The notes beneath the pieces were generated by a model that saw nothing but the letters and a program-made list of their open reading frames with translations, ran no database searches and had not been told where the DNA came from. 46,841 nucleotides of DNA from Nitrosomonadales bacterium (GTDB lineage: Bacteria > Pseudomonadota > Gammaproteobacteria > Burkholderiales > SG8-41): the NCBI GenBank assembly GCA_043777275.1, contig JAYVQD010000516.1, positions 1-46,841 on the forward strand, read 5' to 3'. The translations under genes and the position numbers were made by a program. Below, piece by piece: positions 36,041 through 44,831 of the stretch (position 1 is the stretch's first letter; every line of letters starts with the position of its first letter).

Positions 36041-37378
36041 CTACACACCCTTCCCCGCCACCATCCGCGCACAACAATCCCCAAACCCGATCGCGGCATA
36101 TCCCTCGCGCCGCCCATGCGCGCGCAAATAAATATCGTCGCCGTCCTGCACCCAGCGGCGGATTTCGCCGGAGTTCAACGTGATATCACGGGTACCATCA
36201 AACGATAACTCGGCGATGCTGCCGTAGTTTTCGGGCGTGGGGCCGCTGATGGTGCCGGAGCCGAAGAGGTCACCGGGTTCGAGGCTGCAGCCGCCGCAGG
36301 TGTGGTGCGCGACCATTTGCGCGACGGTCCAATACAGATGTTTGGTGTTGCTCACCGCGATGCGCTGCGGCGGTATGCCTTTGCTGCGCATGCCTTCGGT
36401 GTGGATCAGCACTTCGATTTCAAGATCGAATTGGCCTTCGCGCTGATCGTTTGCATCCCAAAGATAGTCTAACGACCGAGGATCACCATCCGACCGCGCG
36501 GGCTGTGCGATTTGAAACGGCGCCAGCGCTTCAGGCGTAATCATCCACGGTGAAATGGTGGTACCGAAATTCTTCGACAAAAATGGCCCCAGCGGCTGCG
36601 ATTCCCAACGCTGGATGTCGCGCGCCGACCAGTCGTTCAACATGCAGTAACCGTAGATGTGCTGCGCCGCTTTGCCGGTGGGGATCGGCTCGCCCCACTC
36701 ATTGCCGTTGCCCATCCAGATGCCGAATTCGAGTTCAAAATCCATTTTCAGACACGGGCCGAAGGTCGGCAGTTGCTCGCCATCCACCACGCGCTGGCCG
36801 TTGGGGCGGCGCACCGGCACGCCGCTCGGGCGCACGGTGGAGGCGCGGCTGTGATACGCCACCGGCACGTATTTGTAGTTAGGGCTTAACGGCGGATTCG
36901 CGCCGCGGCGCTTGCCGCCGTTTTCGGCGTGCGTGATGCCGGCAAAGAAATCAGTGAACGCGCCGATCTTCGCGGGCAGGTGCAGCGCACAATCGGCGGC
37001 CTTGTGCAGCAGCGTAGCGGCCAGCGGCTGTGCGCGTTTGGATTCGGCGGTGCCATCGGCGAGCAGCGCCGACAGTTGCTTGCGTAACGCAACGCGCGGG
37101 CCTGCACCCAGCGCCATCAAGTCATTCAGCGTTGTCGCGCTGGCAGCACGCGCGGCTTTTTCGGCATCGCCCGTGAACAATTTTGCTTCGCACGCCGCTT
37201 TGAGATCGAACACCTCGTCGCCGATGGCAGCACCGCCGCGCGGCGTATCTCCCCGCACACTGAAAATGCCGAGCGGCAAATTCTGAATCGGAAAATCGCC
37301 GTGGCCCTGAGCGCGAACATCCGCGCTGGCAACCCAGCTTTTGCGGTTGGCGTCATGTGTTTCGTCGAGCTGAATCAT
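36041..37378 (-). CDS. fahA: Fumarylacetoacetase
   Basis: N-terminal FAA-hydrolase N domain (FPIQNLPLGIFS) and C-terminal catalytic domain (DLFGSGTISGP). 445 aa. Confidence 0.88.
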   Translation of the reverse strand: MIQLDETHDANRKSWVASADVRAQGHGDFPIQNLPLGIFSVRGDTPRGGAAIGDEVFDLKAACEAKLFTGDAEKAARAASATTLNDLMALGAGPRVALRKQLSALLADGTAESKRAQPLAATLLHKAADCALHLPAKIGAFTDFFAGITHAENGGKRRGANPPLSPNYKYVPVAYHSRASTVRPSGVPVRRPNGQRVVDGEQLPTFGPCLKMDFELEFGIWMGNGNEWGEPIPTGKAAQHIYGYCMLNDWSARDIQRWESQPLGPFLSKNFGTTISPWMITPEALAPFQIAQPARSDGDPRSLDYLWDANDQREGQFDLEIEVLIHTEGMRSKGIPPQRIAVSNTKHLYWTVAQMVAHHTCGGCSLEPGDLFGSGTISGPTPENYGSIAELSFDGTRDITLNSGEIRRWVQDGDDIYLRAHGRREGYAAIGFGDCCARMVAGKGV

Positions 37379-37394
37379 CTCCGACCCCTTTGTC

Positions 37395-37410
37395 TAAGTA
37401 TTTGTTTTAA
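37395..37410 (+). repeat. AT-rich 17-mer, copy 7 (one T shorter: TAAGTATTTGTTTTAA)
   Basis: In the 63-nt spacer between the ccmI stop and the fahA start, antisense to both genes. Confidence 0.8.
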
Positions 37411-37441
37411 TGGATATTTATTTTAATTCTCGATGTCGCGT

Positions 37442-38668
37442 TCACGGCACTTCCGAGTCAATAACAACCGAAATACCGCTGGCGGTATTGTTCCCCGGTT
37501 TGCTCATTCCCTGCAAATCCCCCGGCTGCGGCATGGCGTTGCCGCTTTTGGAAATGCGCGCGCCGATGATGACTTGCGGCGTACCCGACAAGCGTGTCGC
37601 GGGCGACATCGCGGCGCTGTCGTCCAGCGTAAACGTGACGGGCAGGTCGCTGACTTTTTTGCGCAGGATGGCCAGCGGCATGCGCGGGCCTTCGGCGGCG
37701 CGCGCGAAAATGAACACGGTATCGTCAGGCGCGGCTTTGGCTTTTAACGCCGGGGCCAGCGTGACCGTGCCGCTCACACCTGCGGCTTTGTCAGTAGCGG
37801 GCGCGGTTTTACTACCTAGCAATCCGCGTGCCTCGGCAATGCTCGATTGCACGCCGCGCGCCATGTCACTGTCTGGCGGAATCTGCGTGACGAGTTTTTC
37901 CCAATAGCGAATCGCGGCGGCATAGTCTTTTTTCTCGAAGGCGACGGTGCCCGCCAGCGCCAGTGATTTGCCGTGATCGGGATCGATTTTCAATGCGCGT
38001 TGTATCAGCGCCTCCGGTTCGCCCAGCAGACTTTGCCCGCGCGCCATGCCCAATGCGTCGGCGTAATCCGCCAGCAGGTTGGGGTTGTCCGGCACGCGCG
38101 CCACGGCTTTGCCGTACGCGGCTGCCGCATCGTCAAAGCGGTTCATCACCGCATACGATCTGCCGAGCATGGCCCAGCCCTGCGGGTCATCCGGGTTTTG
38201 CTTCATGCGCTCGGCGAGTTTTGCCACCATTGCTTCGACTTGCTCGGCGGTGACGCCCTTGCTGGTATCGGTGGGAATCGCCACCGGCGCGAGCGCGCGC
38301 GGGCTGCCCACGGTGAAGTAAAGGCCCACCGCCAAGAGCGGCACCACCAGCCCCATCAGCACGGCGGGAGTTCGATTGACGGGACTTGAGGGGCGCACTG
38401 TGATTGCGGGTGCATTGGCTTCCGCGACATCTTCCAACAAACGCCGCTCCAGCTCGATGCGTGCGCGCTCGTATTGTCCGCCGGTAATAACGCCAGCGTT
38501 GAGATCGGCTTCGAGTTCGCGTTGCTGGTCACGATACACCGCAACGTTCAATTCGCTGTTCGCCGGTGCCGCGTTGCCTGCTTTAGCGCCGCGCTTGAGC
38601 AACGGCGGCAACACAAACGCCAGTGCGGCGGCGATCAGCAGCGCCGCGAGTATCCAGAATAAAGTCAT
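37442..38668 (-). CDS. ccmI: Cytochrome c biogenesis protein CcmI (TPR)
   Basis: N-terminal TM hairpin, VAVYRDQQRELEADL, and TPR repeats in the periplasmic part. ATGA overlap with the ccmH stop. Confidence 0.8.
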   Translation of the reverse strand: MTLFWILAALLIAAALAFVLPPLLKRGAKAGNAAPANSELNVAVYRDQQRELEADLNAGVITGGQYERARIELERRLLEDVAEANAPAITVRPSSPVNRTPAVLMGLVVPLLAVGLYFTVGSPRALAPVAIPTDTSKGVTAEQVEAMVAKLAERMKQNPDDPQGWAMLGRSYAVMNRFDDAAAAYGKAVARVPDNPNLLADYADALGMARGQSLLGEPEALIQRALKIDPDHGKSLALAGTVAFEKKDYAAAIRYWEKLVTQIPPDSDMARGVQSSIAEARGLLGSKTAPATDKAAGVSGTVTLAPALKAKAAPDDTVFIFARAAEGPRMPLAILRKKVSDLPVTFTLDDSAAMSPATRLSGTPQVIIGARISKSGNAMPQPGDLQGMSKPGNNTASGISVVIDSEVP

Positions 38669-39132
38669 CGTTGATTCGGCTTGATAGTCGAGCTATTGGT
38701 TTGCAGCAATGCCGCCGCGCGTGCGCGCTCGTCATCGGTGAGCGCAGGTTCTGCGGCTATCGTGGTGCGGCGGCGCAGGCGCATAAACAACGCGACCAAC
38801 CCCGCCACCATCAACAACCCCGGCCCAAACCACAGCAGCCAGGTCGTCGCTTTCACCGGCGGACGATACAAAACGAAATCGCCGTAGCGTTCGGTCATGA
38901 AGGTGATGATGTCTTTTTCGCTGACGCCCTGTTTTAATTTTTCGCGCACCTGATTTTTTAAATCAACGGCGAGATCGGCACTGGAGTCCGCAATGGTCTG
39001 GTTCTGGCACACCAGGCAACGCAGTTCTTCGGAAACGCGCTGCACGCGCCGCTCCAGCGCGGCGTCTTCGGCTGCCATCGCGGGCACAGGGCTGAATATA
39101 AAAATAATTATTAAAAACAAATACTTAATCAT
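38665..39132 (-). CDS. ccmH: Cytochrome c-type biogenesis protein CcmH
   Basis: LRCLVCQNQTIADS (LRCxxC) motif and a C-terminal TM segment. The ATG at 39132 gives the signal peptide MIKYLFLIIIFIFSPVPAMA, whose first codons are a 17-mer copy. Confidence 0.85.
   Translation of the reverse strand: MIKYLFLIIIFIFSPVPAMAAEDAALERRVQRVSEELRCLVCQNQTIADSSADLAVDLKNQVREKLKQGVSEKDIITFMTERYGDFVLYRPPVKATTWLLWFGPGLLMVAGLVALFMRLRRRTTIAAEPALTDDERARAAALLQTNSSTIKPNQR
39111..39127 (-). repeat. AT-rich 17-mer, copy 8 (perfect), inside the ccmH signal-peptide coding region
   Basis: The minus strand reads ATGATTAAGTATTTGTTTTTAATAATT, which translates as MIKYLFLII. Confidence 0.9.
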
Positions 39133-39136
39133 CACA

Positions 39137-39667
39137 TTACGTACCAGAATTGAGCTTCGCAATCAACGGCACAATTTTGTCTTTTAATGCTGCGGGCGTC
39201 ACCGGGCCGATTTGTTTATAGCGAATCACGCCCCGTTTATCGATGACATAGGTTTCGGGCACGCCGTAGACGCCGTAGTCGATGCCGATGCGGCCCTGCA
39301 CGTCGTACGCCGACAGCACATACGGATCGCCAAAGCGTTGCAGCCACGCAATGCCGTCGGTGCGTTTGTCCTTGTAGTTAAGCCCGTAAATCGGCACCGT
39401 GCCGCTCTTGGCGAGATCAACCAGTAGCGGATGCTCATCGCGGCACGACGCGCACCAAGACGCCCACACGTTGAGCAGCCACACTTTGCCCGCCATGTCT
39501 TTTTGCGAAAAGATTTTGTCTGGCGCGTGCAATTGCGGCAATTCAAACGCGGGCGCGGGTTTGCCGATCAGCGGCGACGGCACTTCGCGCGGGTTCAGCG
39601 TGAGACCCACGCCGAGGAACACCACCAACACCATAAAAAGGCCCAGAGGCCATAGCCAGCGTTTCAT
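39137..39667 (-). CDS. ccmG: Thiol:disulfide interchange protein CcmG/DsbE
   Basis: WASWCASCRDEHP CxxC motif and GVYGVPETYVID. ATGA overlap with the ccmF stop. Confidence 0.9.
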   Translation of the reverse strand: MKRWLWPLGLFMVLVVFLGVGLTLNPREVPSPLIGKPAPAFELPQLHAPDKIFSQKDMAGKVWLLNVWASWCASCRDEHPLLVDLAKSGTVPIYGLNYKDKRTDGIAWLQRFGDPYVLSAYDVQGRIGIDYGVYGVPETYVIDKRGVIRYKQIGPVTPAALKDKIVPLIAKLNSGT

Positions 39668-41661
39668 CGTGATTGACCCGCCACCGTTGCACCGGCAGCA
39701 CCCGCCACCGGAATTATTTCATCGCGTCTGCGCGCCGCCAAACGGTAGCGTCGGTCGAGCACCGCCAGCAATCCGCCCAGCGCCATCAACACACACCCGC
39801 CCCAGATCCAATCGACAAACGGCTTCACCTGCACCCGCACCACCCACGCTTTGCCTTCCACCGCCTCGCCCAGCGAGACATACAAGTCGCGGGTGAAGCC
39901 GGTGTTGATCGCCGCTTCGGTCATGGGGTTTTTCTGCACGTTGTAGATGCGCTTTTCGGGATACATCATGCTGACCGCAGACGCGCCACGCGTGACGGTG
40001 AATGTGCCGCGCACGGCCACGTAGTTCGGGCCTTTCACGTCATTCAGTGCGTCGAAGCGAAACGTGTAGCCGCCCAGTTCAACGGATTCGCCTACCGACA
40101 GCTTCACGTCTTTCTCGGCCTCATAACTTTTCACCATCGTCACGCCCACCACGAACACCGCCATGCCTGTGTGCGCGAGCAGCATGCCGTAGTAGCTGCG
40201 CGATTGCGCGCGCCATTTGGCGATGCCTGTGCCGGGCGTTTGGTTCAAGCGCGATAATAAGGTGGTCACGCTGCTGGCCACAATCCAAACCGCAAGCAAC
40301 AAACCAAAACTCGCCAGAGGCGTCCATGTGCCCATGGTGAACGGCAGCAGCAATCCGCCCACAACCGCAACCGCAAACGCCCACTTCAGCCGCACGGCTA
40401 GTTCGGGCAAGCTCGCCTGTTTCCAGCGCGCCATCGGCCCCACGCCCATCAAAAATAACGCAGGCGCCATCAGCGGCGCAAACACGGTTTCAAAGTAAGG
40501 CGGGCCGACGGAAATTTTGCCCATGCCCAGCGCGTCGAGGAATAACGGATACAGCGTGCCGAGCAAAACCGAACCCGTCGCCACCAGCAGCAGCACGTTA
40601 TTGGTGAGCAAAAACGATTCGCGCGACACCACCTCGAAGCGCCCACCCAGGCCCACGCGATGCGCGCGCCACGCAAACAACGCCAGCGAGCCGCCGATTA
40701 CCACCACCAAAAAGGCAAGGATGAACACGCCGCGCTTGGGGTCGGTGGCAAACGAATGCACACTGGTCAGCACACCGGAGCGCACGAGGAAGGTGCCGAG
40801 CAGCGACAAGGCAAACGCGAATATCGCCAGCAGCACGGTCCAGCTTTTGAATGCGCCGCGTTTTTCAGTTACCGCCAGCGAATGAATCAGCGCGGTACCC
40901 ACCAGCCACGGCATGAACGAAGCGTTCTCCACCGGATCCCAGAACCACCAGCCGCCCCAGCCCAATTCGTAATACGCCCACCAACTGCCGAGCGCGATAC
41001 CCAACGTGAGAAACGCCCACGCCAACGTGGTCCATGGCCGCGACCAGCGCGCCCACGTCGCATCCAAGCGGCCCGACAACAGCGCGGCAATCGCAAACGC
41101 ATACGCCACCGAGAAGCCAACATAACCCATGTAGAGCATCGGCGGATGAATAATCATGCCGAAATCCTGCAACAAAGGATTCAGATCGCGCCCGTCCATC
41201 GCCGCCGGCAGCAGCCGGTCAAACGGGTTGGAGGTAAACAGCGTGAAGCTGAGGAATCCCACACTGACCAAGCCCAGCACGCCGAGCACACGCGCAACGA
41301 TGTCGTTGGGCAAGTGGCTGCTGAACACGCTGACCGCCGTGGTCCAGCTCGCGAGCATCAGCATCCACAACAGCAGCGAGCCTTCATGCCCGCCCCACAC
41401 CGCAGCAATGCGGTACTGCAACGGCAAGCCCGAGTTGGAATTGGAGGCGACGTAGAGCACGGAAAAATCGTTGATTACAAACGAATAGGTGAGGCAGCCA
41501 AACGCGATGGCAACAAACACCAACTGCCCCTGCGCCGCAGGCCGCGCGAGATTCATCCACGACTGCGTGCCGCGCGCCGCCCCCGCCAGCGGCAGCGTGC
41601 CTTGCGCCACCGCGAGAATAAGTGCCAACACCAAGGCGAATTGACCGAGTTCTGGAATCAT
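39664..41661 (-). CDS. ccmF: Cytochrome c haem lyase subunit CcmF
   Basis: WWD motif WGGWWFWDPVEN. 665 aa polytopic membrane protein. Confidence 0.93.
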   Translation of the reverse strand: MIPELGQFALVLALILAVAQGTLPLAGAARGTQSWMNLARPAAQGQLVFVAIAFGCLTYSFVINDFSVLYVASNSNSGLPLQYRIAAVWGGHEGSLLLWMLMLASWTTAVSVFSSHLPNDIVARVLGVLGLVSVGFLSFTLFTSNPFDRLLPAAMDGRDLNPLLQDFGMIIHPPMLYMGYVGFSVAYAFAIAALLSGRLDATWARWSRPWTTLAWAFLTLGIALGSWWAYYELGWGGWWFWDPVENASFMPWLVGTALIHSLAVTEKRGAFKSWTVLLAIFAFALSLLGTFLVRSGVLTSVHSFATDPKRGVFILAFLVVVIGGSLALFAWRAHRVGLGGRFEVVSRESFLLTNNVLLLVATGSVLLGTLYPLFLDALGMGKISVGPPYFETVFAPLMAPALFLMGVGPMARWKQASLPELAVRLKWAFAVAVVGGLLLPFTMGTWTPLASFGLLLAVWIVASSVTTLLSRLNQTPGTGIAKWRAQSRSYYGMLLAHTGMAVFVVGVTMVKSYEAEKDVKLSVGESVELGGYTFRFDALNDVKGPNYVAVRGTFTVTRGASAVSMMYPEKRIYNVQKNPMTEAAINTGFTRDLYVSLGEAVEGKAWVVRVQVKPFVDWIWGGCVLMALGGLLAVLDRRYRLAARRRDEIIPVAGAAGATVAGQSR

Positions 41662-41688
41662 ATGGGAGCGTCGCCTAGTAAATAAAGT

Positions 41689-41727
41689 CCCCTCGCCCCG
41701 CTTGCGGGGAGAGGGTTAGGGTGAGGA
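41689..41727. repeat. GC-rich REP-like hairpin (GGGGAGAGGGTTAGGGTGAGG type)
   Basis: CCCTCGCCCC (41690-41699), loop GCTTGC, then GGGGAGAGGG (41706-41715) form a 10-bp stem with one mismatch, followed by TTAGGGTGAGG. Lies in the 101-nt ccmE-ccmF spacer and resembles a widespread proteobacterial intergenic repeat. Confidence 0.5.
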
Positions 41728-41762
41728 GGAGCACGCGAACCGACGCAAACATGCGCTTGGTG

Positions 41763-42239
41763 CTACTTGCCTGTTTTAGAGGGTGAATTCACCACGGTAC
41801 CCACCGCTTTCTGATTGGTGGCCTGCGCTTTTTTCAGTGCTTCGGCAGCTTCGGGCGGCATATAATTTTCGTCGTGCTTGGCAAGCACGTCGCTGGCCAC
41901 GAACAGGCCGTTTTCGAGCCGCCCCTGCGTCACCACGCCCTTGCCTTCACGAAACAGATCCGGCAACACGCCCTTGAACGCCACCGGAATGCTCTTGGCG
42001 GTGTCCGTGACGACAAAATGCACGGTCACCCCATCGGGCTGGCGCTTGACGCTGCCTTTTTCAACCATGCCGCCGACGCGAAACGCGCGCCCCTGCGGCG
42101 CTTCGTTCGCCACCACCTGCGTGGGCGTGAAGAAAAACACCAGGTTGTCTTGAAACGCCTGCAACACCAGCGTGGCGGCAAGTGCCAAACCGGCGACACC
42201 CGCGACGATCAAGGCGATACGACGATGACGCGGCTTCAT
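41763..42239 (-). CDS. ccmE: Cytochrome c-type biogenesis haem chaperone CcmE
   Basis: N-terminal TM segment, FRVGGMV OB-fold, and haem-binding LAKHDENY (HxxxY). Confidence 0.9.
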   Translation of the reverse strand: MKPRHRRIALIVAGVAGLALAATLVLQAFQDNLVFFFTPTQVVANEAPQGRAFRVGGMVEKGSVKRQPDGVTVHFVVTDTAKSIPVAFKGVLPDLFREGKGVVTQGRLENGLFVASDVLAKHDENYMPPEAAEALKKAQATNQKAVGTVVNSPSKTGK

Positions 42240-42394
42240 GATTTTGTACTCCCGACTTTTTGCATGGCACGGCGGCGCATCGCCAAGGCCGCCAGCTCAA
42301 TGGCGATGCAAAGAAATGTCACCACATAGGAACCCCACACGTACAGCCCCTTGCCGCCCATCGCGAAAAACTCGCTCGCGCTACCCCAGTTCAT
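42236..42394 (-). CDS. ccmD: Haem exporter protein CcmD (52 aa, absent from the ORF track)
   Basis: Hand translation: [56 protein letters not shown] overlaps with both the ccmC stop and the ccmE start. Confidence 0.75.
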   Translation of the reverse strand: MNWGSASEFFAMGGKGLYVWGSYVVTFLCIAIELAALAMRRRAMQKVGSTKS

Positions 42395-43161
42395 CGTTGG
42401 CTCCCAATATAATCAGTAACCCAATCACTGCGCCGCTCCCGTTCAAGAATAATGCAGCGCACGCGCCACAGCGCCGCCGCAATCGCATACGCCCAGCACG
42501 CGAACACCATCACCATCATGCCGGCGAACATGGTCTTTGCCATGGTGGGCGCGCTGCTCAGGCTGACCGATGCGCCCTGATGCAGCGTGTTCCACCATTT
42601 CACTGAAAAATAAATGATGGGAATGTTTATCACCCCCACCAGCGCCAGCACCGCGCCCGCTTTGTCCGCGCGGCGTGGATCATCGATCGCCGCTTGCAGC
42701 GCCATGAAACCGAAATACAAAAACAGCAGCAGCAACTCGGAGGTGAGCCGCGCATCCCACACCCACCACGTGCCCCACGTCGGCTTGCCCCACAGCGCGC
42801 CCGTCCACAACGCCACAAAGGTAAACATCGCGCCGGTGGGCGCGAGTGCCGTCGCCATCATGCCCGACAGTCGCGTGTTGAACGCGAGGCCGATGCCGGC
42901 CCAAAATGCCATCGCCAGATAGATCAGCATCGACATCCACGCCGCCGGCACGTGGATGAAAATAATGCGGTACGACTCACCCTGCTGCGCGTCGGGGGGC
43001 GCGACAAAAAATCCGATATACAAACCCGCTACGCACAGCACCGCGGCAATCGCGGCAAACCACGGTGCCAGCGCACTCGCCAGCGGAAAAAATGTCTGTG
43101 GCGAGGCGTACTTGAACCAGTTGATGCCGTGAGAGGTGGTTTGCGGTGTGGCGCTGGACAT
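42391..43161 (-). CDS. ccmC: Haem exporter/haem-handling protein CcmC
   Basis: WWD motif WGTWWVWDARLTSE. 256 aa, 6 TM segments. Confidence 0.92.
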   Translation of the reverse strand: MSSATPQTTSHGINWFKYASPQTFFPLASALAPWFAAIAAVLCVAGLYIGFFVAPPDAQQGESYRIIFIHVPAAWMSMLIYLAMAFWAGIGLAFNTRLSGMMATALAPTGAMFTFVALWTGALWGKPTWGTWWVWDARLTSELLLLFLYFGFMALQAAIDDPRRADKAGAVLALVGVINIPIIYFSVKWWNTLHQGASVSLSSAPTMAKTMFAGMMVMVFACWAYAIAAALWRVRCIILERERRSDWVTDYIGSQR

Positions 43162-43192
43162 GGCGCGATGTTGGAGTGTGGTTGGTGACTAA

Positions 43193-43225
43193 GGTTCGCT
43201 ACAGCGGTTCGTTACAGCAGTTCAG
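43193..43225. repeat. Tandem 13-mer (about 2.5 copies) in the ccmB-ccmC spacer
   Basis: GGTTCGCTACAGC (43193-43205), GGTTCGTTACAGC (43206-43218), then a partial AGTTCAG. Confidence 0.6.
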
Positions 43226-43279
43226 GGCGCACAGTTTAATACAATTCCGTCACTGCAAAAGCGCGCCGCGATTATATCG

Positions 43280-43296
43280 TAAGTATTTGTTTATTC
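43280..43296 (+). repeat. AT-rich 17-mer, copy 9 (partial: first 13 nt match)
   Basis: TAAGTATTTGTTTATTC. Overlaps the ccmB stop codon (43291-43293 on the minus strand). Confidence 0.6.
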
Positions 43297-43959
43297 ATAA
43301 GAAATCCGAAGTGCCGCCGCAATCGCCCAAGGCGCCAGCGATAGCGCCGCCAGTGACAGCGCCGCCAGCAGCAGCAAGTACGGCTGCGCGGTGAGGCCTG
43401 CCGCCGTGGCGTCGACCGCGAGCGAGCCGAGTATCAGCACCGGCGCGTACAGCGGCAGCACCAGCAACGCCAGCAACACACCGCCGCCGCGCAAACCCAG
43501 TGTGAGCGCAGCGCCGATCGCGCCGATCAAACTCAAGCTCGGCGTGCCCAGCGCGAGTGCGAGCGCCAGCACCGCCAGCGCATCGGCGGGCAAGCCGAAC
43601 TGCAAGCCCAGCAGCGGCGCAATCAACACCAGCGGCAGATTCGCCGCGATCCAGTGCGCGATCACCTTGGCAATCACAATCACCGACAACGGCGTGGCCG
43701 CGAGCAACATCTGCTCCAGCGTGCCGTCGGCGTAATCACTGGCAAAGAGGCGCGACAACGCCAGCATCGACGCCAGCAACGCCGCCACCCACACCACCCC
43801 CGGCCCGATGGCGAGCAACAGTTTCGCTTCCGGCCCGATGCCCAGCGGAAACAGGCTGGCGACGATGACAAAAAATATCATCGACGTGAAGACATCCGTG
43901 CGACGCCGCCATGCGAGGGTGAGATCGCGCGCGATCACGGCGCGCATGACTATCAACAT
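43291..43959 (-). CDS. ccmB: Haem exporter permease CcmB
   Basis: 222-aa six-TM protein immediately after ccmA (7-nt overlap), with CcmB-like conserved segments (FPLGIGP, LLVLPLYAPVLI). Confidence 0.9.
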   Translation of the reverse strand: MLIVMRAVIARDLTLAWRRRTDVFTSMIFFVIVASLFPLGIGPEAKLLLAIGPGVVWVAALLASMLALSRLFASDYADGTLEQMLLAATPLSVIVIAKVIAHWIAANLPLVLIAPLLGLQFGLPADALAVLALALALGTPSLSLIGAIGAALTLGLRGGGVLLALLVLPLYAPVLILGSLAVDATAAGLTAQPYLLLLAALSLAALSLAPWAIAAALRISYE

Positions 43960-44603
43960 GCTGTTTCCGCCACGTCATTCAGGTCAACACACTGCGTAAT
44001 GCGCGCACCGATGCCGACATCCTGATGGGTGGTAAAAATCGCACTGCCGCCGCCATCGATGTACGCGAGGATCGATTGTTCAAGATGATTCACCGCATCG
44101 ACATCCAACGCGGAAAACGGCTCATCGAGTATCCACAATGATGCGCTCGTTGACAGCGTCAAACGCGCCAGCGCGGAACGGCGTTTCTGTCCTTGCGATA
44201 ACGCGCGCACCGGCAAATGCAGGCACGCCGCGAGACCGAACGCGTTTAATGCGTCGCGCACACGGTCGTCGGTCGCGGGCCGCCCCGCCAGCGTGCAGGC
44301 CACCAGCAGATTCTCTGTCGCCGACAGATCATCCTTGAGCGCGTTGGCGTGCCCCATGTAAACGACTTCGCGCCAGTACCCCTCGCGCAGCGCGCGTATC
44401 GTCTCGCCGCGCCAGCGCACCTCGCCCGCGTCCACGGCGCCCAGGCCGCACAGGATGCGCAACAAACTGGTCTTGCCGCTGCCGTTCGCGCCGGCAACAT
44501 GCAACAACCCGCCGGCTTCGAGCTTGAACGACACATGGCGAAACAGCGTGCGGTCGCCTCGGGTGCAGGTAAGTCCCTTTACTTCGAGCATCGCTTCGAG
44601 CAT
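43953..44603 (-). CDS. ccmA: Cytochrome c biogenesis ABC ATPase CcmA
   Basis: Walker A GANGSGKTS, signature LSQGQKRR, Walker B LWILDEP. Confidence 0.9.
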   Translation of the reverse strand: MLEAMLEVKGLTCTRGDRTLFRHVSFKLEAGGLLHVAGANGSGKTSLLRILCGLGAVDAGEVRWRGETIRALREGYWREVVYMGHANALKDDLSATENLLVACTLAGRPATDDRVRDALNAFGLAACLHLPVRALSQGQKRRSALARLTLSTSASLWILDEPFSALDVDAVNHLEQSILAYIDGGGSAIFTTHQDVGIGARITQCVDLNDVAETAC

Positions 44604-44831
44604 GTTTTACGCGAGCGCATGGCGTCTCATTGGAATTTTTTAATGGCGGCGATCATGCGCGCAGTATATCGCAGGGCCGATCCGGCCCCTGCGCGGCGCT
44701 TCTGTGTTGTTCGGCGGCGTGGGTGGCGGGAAAAATAGTGGCGTTGTATCTAGTTGTTTTATTGGGAATTACGTTAATTAACTCTGGCCCCATTTTTACT
44801 GGGGCCGGGGCGCGGTTTACTGGCTGGGCGC

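Noticed and set aside
44747-44763. TATCTAGTTGTTTTATT upstream of the IS30 remnant, a possible tenth copy of the 17-mer.
   Set aside because: Only about 12 of 17 positions match, with mismatches spread through the core. That is too weak to count without a genome-wide model of the repeat.
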